Source of the DNA: an uncultured Gemmatimonadales bacterium
Lineage (GTDB): Bacteria; Gemmatimonadota; Gemmatimonadetes; Gemmatimonadales; GWC2-71-9
Length of the DNA: 64,000 bases
NCBI GenBank assembly: GCA_963695185.1
Contig: CAVOGH010000003.1
Span: forward strand, 270,499 to 334,498
Direction of reading: 5' to 3'
Below are positions 7,796 through 14,454 of the stretch, in pieces (the first letter of the stretch is position 1; the number at the start of each line of letters is the position of its first letter). The translations under genes and the position numbers were made by a program. A model generated the notes under the pieces. It saw only the letters and a program-made list of their open reading frames with translations. It ran no database searches and was not told the origin of the DNA.

Positions 7796-8884
7796 ATGAC
7801 AAGGCCCGCCCAGCTCCCCCTGCTCGAGGCCCCGGCCCAGGCCCCGCTGCCGGTGCTCGACACCCGTGCCCGCGGCGCCTCGTTCCACGAGATCCCGGTC
7901 AAGGCGATCCTCAACTCCCCCGCCTCCACCGGCATGGGGTTCTGGTCGCTCAATCCGTACGTGGGCTGCGAGTTCGGCTGCACCTACTGCTACGCTCGTG
8001 AGACCCATAAGTGGGTAGTCGAGCGAGAGACGGCGAAAGGGACGGCTTCCGGCGCGGAGGGTAGCCCTGAGATCGAGTCGCCGAGTCGCCGAGTCGCCGA
8101 GTCGCCCAGCGACGCCTTCGAACGCCGCATCCTGGTCAAGACCTCCGCCGCGGCGGTGCTCAAACGCACCCTCTTTCCCGCCAAGCTCGACGGCTGCACC
8201 CTGGTCATCGGCACCGCCACCGATCCCTACCAGCCCGCCGAACGGCAGTTCCGCCTGACTCGGCAGATCCTCGAGGCGCTGCTCAGCTGGAAGGGGCTGG
8301 CGCTGGGGATCATCACCAAGTCGCCGCTCATCATCCGCGACATCGACCTGCTGGTGCAGCTCAAGGAACGGCACGACCTGTCGGTCAACATCTCCATCGC
8401 CTCCACCGACGCCGCCCTGCTCCGGCGCATCGAGGCCCGCTCGCCGGCGCCCCACGCCCGGCTCCGGGCCCTGTCCCGGCTCACCGATCAAGGCATTCAC
8501 GCGGGGCTGCTCATCGCCCCGGTCCTCCCCGGCATCACCGACAGCCGGGAATCACTGGCCGCCCTCATGGCGGCGGGGAAGGCAGCGGGCGCCCGCTACG
8601 CGGTCGGGTCGGCGCTCCGGCTCGGACCCGCAACCCGGTCCCGCTTCCTTCCTCACCTTGCCCACGAATTCCCGGAGCTGGCCGGCCGCTACGCGCGGCG
8701 CTACGAAAACCGCCAGATGCCGGGACGCGACTATACCGAGGCGCTCTCCGCCCGGATCCGCTCGCTGCAGGCGGAGTACGGCTTCCCCATCCCCGACAGC
8801 CGCCACCGCGAACGGCTGCTCAAGGGCCAGGCGCGGGAAGACGCGGTGCCCGAGGCGGCGGCGCAGTGGTCGCTGGGGTTGTGA
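7796..8884 (+). CDS. Radical SAM protein (SplB/COG1533-like, DNA-repair-photolyase family)
   Basis: CEFGCTYC (CxxxCxxC) cluster motif near the N-terminus, followed by ..ILVKTSAAAVLKR.. and ..ITKSPLIIRDIDLL.. typical of this family. ATG 7796 was chosen (MTRPAQLPLL). It carries an in-frame repeat insertion at 8014-8110. Confidence 0.75.
   Translation: MTRPAQLPLLEAPAQAPLPVLDTRARGASFHEIPVKAILNSPASTGMGFWSLNPYVGCEFGCTYCYARETHKWVVERETAKGTASGAEGSPEIESPSRRVAESPSDAFERRILVKTSAAAVLKRTLFPAKLDGCTLVIGTATDPYQPAERQFRLTRQILEALLSWKGLALGIITKSPLIIRDIDLLVQLKERHDLSVNISIASTDAALLRRIEARSPAPHARLRALSRLTDQGIHAGLLIAPVLPGITDSRESLAALMAAGKAAGARYAVGSALRLGPATRSRFLPHLAHEFPELAGRYARRYENRQMPGRDYTEALSARIRSLQAEYGFPIPDSRHRERLLKGQAREDAVPEAAAQWSLGL
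8014..8110. repeat. Octamer-array element, subfamily A2, in-frame inside the rSAM gene
   Basis: CCGGCGCGGAGGGTAGCCCTGAGATCGAGTCGCCGAGTCGCCGAGTCGCCGAGTCGCCC aligns with 15110-15166 in dnaE2. It encodes ..SPEIESPSRRVAESPSRRVAESPS.. in a loop right after the Fe-S motif. Confidence 0.7.
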
Positions 8885-9022
8885 GCCCCGCCCTGGAGCT
8901 ACAGGCTGCGAAGCCGTGGGCCCCTCCGGGGGCGACCGTTTTGGCAAGGCTGCCTGATATGTGCCGCCAGCCAACGGCAGCGCCCCCGTCGGGGCCCACC
9001 GGCTCCGCAGCCCGCACACACC

Positions 9023-10426
9023 ATGCAGCCACGCCACGTCCTGTTCGTTGACCCGCCGGCCTTCTGCACCACCCTCGAAGGCCTGGTCGCGCCCGCGCTC
9101 CGGGATCGGCCCCTCGTCGTCGCCGCCCCCGGCGCCGACCGCGCCACCGTGCTCGCCCTCTCCCCCGAAGCCCGCGCCGCCGGGATCACCCCCGGCATGG
9201 CGGTGAACCAGGCCAGGAAACGCTGCCCCGATCTCATCGTCCGCCCCCCCAACCCCCGGCTCTACGCCCGCGCCTCCCGCGCCCTGCACCAGATCCTGGC
9301 CCGCTACGCGCCCATCATCGAACCCCACGGCTGGGGCCACGCCTTCCTCGACGTGACCGGCACCGAACGGCTGCTGGGAAAATCGGTCGATATCGCCTGG
9401 AAGATCCACCAGGAATCGCGCGAGCGGCTGCACCTGCCGCTCGCCGTCGGCGTCGCCCAGAACAAGCTGGTGAGTCAGGCGGCGTCGGAGGTGGTCAAGG
9501 GACGACTCGGCGACTCGGCGACTCGGCGACTCGATCTGCTCGAGGTGACTCCGGGGTCCGAAGCAACGTTCCTCGCACCGGAAAGCGTGGCACTGCTCCC
9601 CGACCTCGAGCCCCGCATGCGGGAGCGGCTGGACGACTACCAGCTCGACATCATCGGAGAGATCCAGGCCATCACCGACGACGAGCTGGCCCGGGTGTTC
9701 GGGCTCCCCGGCCGCACCCTCGGCGCCCACGCCCGCGGCATCGACCCCCGGCCGGTGCTGCCGGCGGCGGTCAAGGCGGAGTTCCGCGTCACCCACACCC
9801 TCGGCAACGACAGCAACGACATCGCCCTGCTGCACCGGGTGCTCCGCCACCTGACCGAACGGCTGGGCGCCCGGCTCCGCGCCCGCCACCTCACCGCCCG
9901 ACGGCTCACGGTGCAGATCGCCTACGTGGACTACGCCACCGCCCGTCGCAGCCTGGCGCTGGCCCCCGCCGCCCTCGACGTGGAGCTGCTCGACGCCGCC
10001 CGCCGAGGCCTGGCCCTGGCGCAGCAGCGCACCGTGGCGCTCCGGGCACTGAGCGTGACGGTGGATCGGTTCGTGGAGGAGGATTGTCAGTTGGAGTTGT
10101 TCGGCGGCTCGGCGGCTCGATGGTTCGGCGACTCGGCGACTCGATGGTTCGGCGACTCGGCGACTCGATGGTTCGGCGACTCGGCGACTCGGCGACTCGG
10201 CGACTCGCTAAGTGAAGGGCTCGGCGCGGACCATAGGCTTGCTCTCTCCGAGGAGAGTACCAGTGCTTCATCGTCGGCACCGAACCTCACCTTACGCGAG
10301 TCGCCGAGTCGCCGAGTCGCCGAGCCGCCCAACAACGCGTCCATGCGCCACATCGCCCTCCAGCGTGCCCTCGACCGCATCCGCACCCGCTGGGGGGCCC
10401 GCACCATCGGGGCGGCGACGAGATAG
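9023..10426 (+). CDS. imuB: Y-family DNA polymerase homologue lacking catalytic carboxylates (ImuB-like)
   Basis: Y-family fold motifs are present (VLFVDPPAFCTTLE; IEPHGWGHAFLDVTG; AVGVAQNKLVSQAAS). The position of the SxDEAxLD catalytic Asp-Glu reads GH. QLELF and a C-terminal LDRIRTRWG tail are present. It follows the rSAM gene and lies in the same locus as dnaE2. Two in-frame repeat insertions. Confidence 0.8.
   Translation: MQPRHVLFVDPPAFCTTLEGLVAPALRDRPLVVAAPGADRATVLALSPEARAAGITPGMAVNQARKRCPDLIVRPPNPRLYARASRALHQILARYAPIIEPHGWGHAFLDVTGTERLLGKSVDIAWKIHQESRERLHLPLAVGVAQNKLVSQAASEVVKGRLGDSATRRLDLLEVTPGSEATFLAPESVALLPDLEPRMRERLDDYQLDIIGEIQAITDDELARVFGLPGRTLGAHARGIDPRPVLPAAVKAEFRVTHTLGNDSNDIALLHRVLRHLTERLGARLRARHLTARRLTVQIAYVDYATARRSLALAPAALDVELLDAARRGLALAQQRTVALRALSVTVDRFVEEDCQLELFGGSAARWFGDSATRWFGDSATRWFGDSATRRLGDSLSEGLGADHRLALSEESTSASSSAPNLTLRESPSRRVAEPPNNASMRHIALQRALDRIRTRWGARTIGAATR
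9500..9535. repeat. Short GGCGACTC octamer array, in-frame in imuB
   Basis: GACGACTCGGCGACTCGGCGACTCGGCGACTCGAT encodes ..GRLGDSATRRLD.. between conserved Y-family blocks. Confidence 0.65.
10096..10336. repeat. MITE-like palindromic element, subfamily A1, in-frame in the imuB 3' region, with 3 x 24-bp tandem units
   Basis: TIRs GTTGTTCGGCGGCTCGGCGGCTCG / CGAGTCGCCGAGCCGCCCAACAAC. TCGGCGACTCGATGGTTCGGCGAC is repeated 3x (SATRWFGD x3). The core matches 3454-3589 in reverse complement. The reading frame stays open and the native C-terminus resumes after it. Confidence 0.8.
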
Positions 10427-10472
10427 GACCGATCAGGAACCCGGCTTCACGGCGACACCCGCTCCGCCGGAG

Positions 10473-10862
10473 TCACGCCTCGGCATCGAGACCGTCGGGG
10501 TCCTGCCCCCTCACATACAGGACGGTTGGCCTCGGCTTGACGGTCGGGGACATGATCTCGAGGTACGCCTGTGGATTGATGCCCAGCTCCTGCTCCATCG
10601 GCCCGAAGAGCTTGGCGAAGCCCGGGCTGTCCTCCGGGATCGCAATGACCCCGTACTTGAGGTTCAGGAGCTCGACCAGCAGCACCACCTGGGTGCGAGT
10701 GCCCAGGTCCAGCTTGTACGCCGCAACCTTGCTGACCACCACCCAGGCCACCGCGCGGGTACGATTGCGCACGGTGAGGGTAAAGCCGGTCGCGTCGGCG
10801 GAGATCGTCGGCAGCGGAGGGTTCGGGCCTCGGCCCAGCAGCCGCTCAAGCCATGGCATCAC
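10473..10862 (-). CDS. Hypothetical protein
   Basis: 129-aa ORF with ordinary composition on the strand opposite imuB. No family recognised. Confidence 0.4.
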   Translation of the reverse strand: MMPWLERLLGRGPNPPLPTISADATGFTLTVRNRTRAVAWVVVSKVAAYKLDLGTRTQVVLLVELLNLKYGVIAIPEDSPGFAKLFGPMEQELGINPQAYLEIMSPTVKPRPTVLYVRGQDPDGLDAEA

Positions 10863-10910
10863 GGGAGCCCCCGGGGGTCATCGGTGTCGCACCGCCGCAA
10901 CCGGAATGCC

Positions 10911-11282
10911 TCACACGTGCTGGTCCACCAGGATGGGGTTGCCGTCGGGGTCCAGCGCGGTGAAGCTGGCGGGCCCCGTGGTGGTCTCGTCGGCCTCGGT
11001 GGTGAGCTTCACGCCCTTCGCCTTGAGCTGCCGCTGCAGCTCACGGACGTCGGTGAAGCCGGGGACCAGCTTCGCGTCCTGGTCCCAGCCGGGATTGAAG
11101 GTCAGGATGTTCTTGTCGAACATCCCCTGGAAGAGGCCGATGATATGGTCGCCGTTCTTGAGGATCAGCCACTTCTGGGCGGCATTGCCGCCGAAGACAG
11201 TGAAACCGAACTTCTCGTAGAAGGCCTTGGACGCCGCGATATCCTTGACGGCCAGGCTGATGGAAAACGCGCCGAGTTGCAT
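10911..11282 (-). CDS. VOC/glyoxalase-family protein
   Basis: Internal ATG at 11282 gives a 123-aa protein, [40 protein letters not shown], typical of the glyoxalase/bleomycin-resistance fold. The longer track ORF (to 12083) is an Arg/Pro-rich extension. Confidence 0.7.
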   Translation of the reverse strand: MQLGAFSISLAVKDIAASKAFYEKFGFTVFGGNAAQKWLILKNGDHIIGLFQGMFDKNILTFNPGWDQDAKLVPGFTDVRELQRQLKAKGVKLTTEADETTTGPASFTALDPDGNPILVDQHV

Positions 11283-11335
11283 GTCGAGTCTCCGGGTGAA
11301 AAGAAGAGGTGCCCGCCTGATCGAGGGCGGGCCGG

Positions 11336-11872
11336 CTACGTGGCGGCGAGGACCTCGGGCTTTCGCTTCCGGCTCAGCAGCCCCGCCGACACCAGCGCAA
11401 ACAGCAGTCCCACCGGCAGCGGCTCGAGAAACGTCAGCGAGATGTTCACCAGCGGATTCTTGTACATCTCCGCGAACTCCGCCATCTCCTGCTTCTTCTC
11501 GGCGAGCTGCGCCTCCGTGGCGCCGGACGCTGCCTCCTTCTCCAGGGCGTAGGCCGAGTATTTCTCCAGGTAGTCGGGAGCGATCTTGCGGTAGACCACC
11601 TGCCAGGTAGCCACGTAACAGACGCACCCGATCAGCATGATCAGGCCACCCACCTGGAAGGCTCGGCCGAACGACACGTTGCCACCCGCCACGTTGTCGC
11701 GGTAGCTCTTCACCCCGACATACACCATCAGGAAGGCGATCACCATCGTGGTGTAGCCGATGATGAGGCCCTTGTCGAAGCCGATCTGGTCGTGGAACGG
11801 GATGGTGAGGAGCATCATCGCCGACAGGATGGCGCCGGCAATCAGTCCGAAGGTCAGCACGATCTTCCGCAT
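11336..11872 (-). CDS. DUF4199-like membrane protein
   Basis: 178 aa with four TM helices and the central SYRDN..GG.(I/V)SF motif typical of DUF4199. Confidence 0.6.
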   Translation of the reverse strand: MRKIVLTFGLIAGAILSAMMLLTIPFHDQIGFDKGLIIGYTTMVIAFLMVYVGVKSYRDNVAGGNVSFGRAFQVGGLIMLIGCVCYVATWQVVYRKIAPDYLEKYSAYALEKEAASGATEAQLAEKKQEMAEFAEMYKNPLVNISLTFLEPLPVGLLFALVSAGLLSRKRKPEVLAAT

Positions 11873-12096
11873 GGCAGCTCCCAGGAGGTTGAGGACGGCC
11901 GATACTACTGCCGGAACGGGCTCCGCGCGTCACCCGAAAGGGTGATTCGGGGGAATTGGCAGGGAAATCATACGAACGGGGGACACAAAACGACCGCAGT
12001 GACCGCCGCCAGGGCTCGGCGCCCGAGACCGGGAGAGGGCGCCGGAGAAGGGGAAAACGGAAACGAGTGGCAGCACGAGGCATCGCAGGCGACCGA

Positions 12097-12186
12097 GACC
12101 GGGGGAGGGTCGGAGGGCGCGTAGGTGCGAGACGGGGACTCGCCCGGCCACCCGCACCTCCAGCGCCTGGAGACCCTCCTCCGGGC
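12097..12186. repeat. Long imperfect palindrome, family C (intergenic copy)
   Basis: GACCGGGGGAGGGTCGGAGGGCGCGTAGGTGCGAGACGG..CCCGCACCTCCAGCGCCTGGAGACCCTCC. The reverse complement of 17190-17265 inside dnaE2 is near-identical over ~75 bp. Confidence 0.75.
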
Positions 12187-12219
12187 GAGGGCGCCGGAGA
12201 AGAGAGGGGAGGACGACCC

Positions 12220-12666
12220 TCAGGGGATGAGCCGCAGTTCCTTGCCCAGCTGCACCGCCTGCGTCCGCCGCCTGGCGCCCAGTTTGTCGAACACTCGGCT
12301 CGAATGGGTCTTGACCGTGTTTTCGCTCACCGACACCCGCTCGGCGATCTCCTTGTTGCTCAGGCCTTCGGCGATCAGCGCCAGGATCTCCAGCTCGCGT
12401 GGCGTGATGCCGAGCGACTCCAGCCTGGCCTCGTCCCGGACAAAGGTGGCCGGCGCCGGCACCAGCACCTCCCGCACCACCACCGTTTCGGCGCGCCGAG
12501 TGAGGCGGAGGCCCAGCCAGATGCCCAGCGCGGCGAACACCGCGGCCACCAGCCCGCCGTAGATCTCCACCGAGTGCTGCACCACCAGCCAGCGGTACTC
12601 GATGAGCCGGAGCCCGGCGATCAGCACCCCGGCGAGGAGTCCGAAGAGGAGCACATGTCGGCGCAT
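12220..12666 (-). CDS. Membrane-anchored LuxR-family HTH transcriptional regulator
   Basis: ATG at 12666 ([19 protein letters not shown]..). Two to three TM helices are followed by the C-terminal LuxR/Ger[48 protein letters not shown]. Confidence 0.75.
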   Translation of the reverse strand: MRRHVLLFGLLAGVLIAGLRLIEYRWLVVQHSVEIYGGLVAAVFAALGIWLGLRLTRRAETVVVREVLVPAPATFVRDEARLESLGITPRELEILALIAEGLSNKEIAERVSVSENTVKTHSSRVFDKLGARRRTQAVQLGKELRLIP

Positions 12667-12712
12667 GCCCAAGTCTAAGAGCACCTGGCGGAGGGCGGAA
12701 CGGCGCGGCCCG

Positions 12713-13693
12713 CTACCATGTGAGGACGATTTTCCCGAACACCTCGTCGCGCTCCATGACGCCGTGGGCCTCGGCGACGTCGGCAAAGGGCGCGGTGGCG
12801 CCGACGACGGGGCGGAGGCGCCGCGTGCCGCCATCGCCGAATCCCGGCAGCACCTGCGCGCTGAAGGCCGCCACCAGCTCGATGCGCTCTTCCAGCGTCC
12901 GGGTCCGCATCACGCTGCCGATGACCTCCAGCCGCTTGCGGAGAATCGGTTCGAGGCTCAGCTCGGCGGTCGGGCCCTGGAGAAAACCGAGCAGCACCAG
13001 CCGGCCGCGCGGGGCCAGCGCCGCGAGGTTGCCGGCGAAGGCGGGGCCGCCCAGGACGTCGATGATCACATCGAATTCGGCGACTCGGCGACTCGGCGAC
13101 TCGGCGACTCGGCTGCCGAGTTCGAATACTTCGTCGAGCCCGAGCTCCCGGGCGCGTTCGAGCTTGGCGGGCGTCCGGGAGGTGCCCGCCACCGTGGCGC
13201 CGAGCCACTTGGCGAGCTGCACCGCCGCGGTGCCGACGCCGCTGCCGACGGCATGAATCAGCACCCGCTCGCCTGACTTGAGCCTGCCGCGGGTGACCAG
13301 CGCATCCCATGCCGTCAAGAACACCTCGGGGATGGCGGCGGCCTCCGCCAGCTCCATGCCCGGCGGCACCGCCAGCGCCTCGTCCTCGTGCACCACCACG
13401 TATTCGGCGTGGGCGCCGCCGCCCACCAGGCCCATGACCCGGTCCCTGGCGCGCCACCGGGTCACGCCCGACCCCGTCTTCTTCACCACACCCGCATACT
13501 CGAGCCCCGGAATGTCCGCCGGCCAGCCGGATGGCGCGGGATAGCGGCCCTTTCGCTGCAGGATGTCGGCGCGATTCAGGCCCGCGGCCTCAACCCGCAC
13601 CAGGATCTGGTGCGCTGCCGCCTTCGGGGTCGGGACTTCACGGAGTTGCAGGACTTCGGGACCGCCCGCGGCGGTGTTCACAATGGCGCGCAT
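12713..13693 (-). CDS. NADPH:quinone oxidoreductase (zeta-crystallin-like MDR family)
   Basis: MRAIV..GGPEVLQL.EVP.P..GQ(H)ILVRVEAAGLNRADILQRKGRYP..; GSGVGTAAVQLAK nucleotide-binding motif; C-terminal FGKIVLTW. Contains an in-frame octamer array. Confidence 0.8.
   Translation of the reverse strand: MRAIVNTAAGGPEVLQLREVPTPKAAAHQILVRVEAAGLNRADILQRKGRYPAPSGWPADIPGLEYAGVVKKTGSGVTRWRARDRVMGLVGGGAHAEYVVVHEDEALAVPPGMELAEAAAIPEVFLTAWDALVTRGRLKSGERVLIHAVGSGVGTAAVQLAKWLGATVAGTSRTPAKLERARELGLDEVFELGSRVAESPSRRVAEFDVIIDVLGGPAFAGNLAALAPRGRLVLLGFLQGPTAELSLEPILRKRLEVIGSVMRTRTLEERIELVAAFSAQVLPGFGDGGTRRLRPVVGATAPFADVAEAHGVMERDEVFGKIVLTW
13071..13126. repeat. Short hairpin-flanked GGCGACTC array, in-frame in the quinone oxidoreductase gene
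   Basis: TCGAATTCGG-(CGACTCGG)x4-CTGCCGAGTTCGAA encodes ..GSRVAESPSRRVAEF.. on the minus strand, between conserved blocks. Confidence 0.65.
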
Positions 13694-13754
13694 GGGCTGG
13701 TAAGGTATCGCCGGACGCCGGACTTGCGCCCTGCGGGCCCAGGCCGTAGCATAC

Positions 13755-13773
13755 CCGAAGAAATACCGAAGCT
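13755..13773 (-). promoter_or_regulatory. Direct-repeat operator motif, copy 4 (AGCTTCGGTATTTCTTCGG on the minus strand)
   Basis: One mismatch per half-site relative to copies 1-3. It is centred in the 138-bp divergent region between the qor-like gene (start 13693) and tag-dnaE2 (start 13832). No copy of the TTGNCC -35 element is present. Confidence 0.5.
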
Positions 13774-13831
13774 AGAAGGGCTGCCGGGGACCCAGACCGG
13801 CCACACCCCTCACCCTCCATCCTGCGCCCGC

Positions 13832-14363
13832 ATGTCCAGCTACTGCGATATCGCCCCCGGGCACGAATGGCACGGCCCCTACCACGACCGGGAGTACGGC
13901 GTCCCGCTCCGGGAGGACGACGAGCTGTTCGAGCGGCTGATCCTGGAGATCAACCAGGCCGGCCTGTCGTGGCTCACCATCCTCAAGAAAGCGGGAGGGC
14001 TTCCGCCGAGCCTATCACGGCTTCGAGGTGGCGCGGGTGGCGCGCTACGGGGCCCGGGACCGGGCTCGGCTGCTCAAGGACGCCGGGATCATCCGCAACC
14101 GGCTCAAGGTGGAGGCGGCGGTGGCCAACGCGAAGACCGTTCTCTCGCTCCGGAAGAGCCACGGCAGCTTTCATGGCTGGATCGAGGCGCATCACCCGCG
14201 GAGCAAGGGGGAGTGGGTGAAGCTGTTCAAGGGGACGTTCCGGTTCACCGGCGGGGAGATCGTGGGCGAGTTCCTGATGAGCATCGGGGTGCTGCCGGGC
14301 GCGCACCGGGAGTCGTGCCCGGCGTACGCGCGGATCCGGCGGCTCAAGCCGATGTGGATGTAG
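13832..14363 (+). CDS. tag: DNA-3-methyladenine glycosylase I (Tag), interrupted by a 1-nt insertion in this assembly
   Basis: MSSYCDIAPGHEWHGPYHDREYGVP..ELFERLILEINQAGLSWLTILKK, then a shift to ..FEVARVARYGARDRARLLKDAGIIRNRLKVEAAVANA..FTGGEIVGEFLMSIG. Removing one A from AAA 13988-13990 restores ILKKREGFRRAYHGFEV. Confidence 0.8.
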
Positions 14364-14369
14364 GCGTAT

Positions 14370-14448
14370 AGGCGGTTGGGTGGTTGGATCTCAAGGCGAC
14401 CATCCGCGCGGAACACTGAGTTCACACACCAACCGTCTAACCGCCTGT
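14370..14448. repeat. MITE-like element, subfamily B, between tag and dnaE2
   Basis: TIRs AGGCGGTTGGGTGGTTGG / CCAACCGTCTAACCGCCT, with a central TCTCAAGGCGACC core. It starts a few nt after the tag TAG and ends 6 nt before the dnaE2 ATG. Confidence 0.65.
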
Positions 14449-14454
14449 CCGCCC

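Noticed and set aside
10110-10200. Regularly spaced repeats that might suggest a CRISPR array
   Set aside because: The period is 24 bp with no unique spacers (pure tandem repeat). It lies inside an open reading frame and within a larger palindromic element. No cas genes or leader are present.
11956-12678. 240-aa plus-strand ORF across the 12-kb intergenic repeat and the LuxR gene
   Set aside because: It runs through the family C palindrome and is antisense to a LuxR-type gene with a clear HTH. The translation is Arg/Gly/Pro-rich with no motifs.
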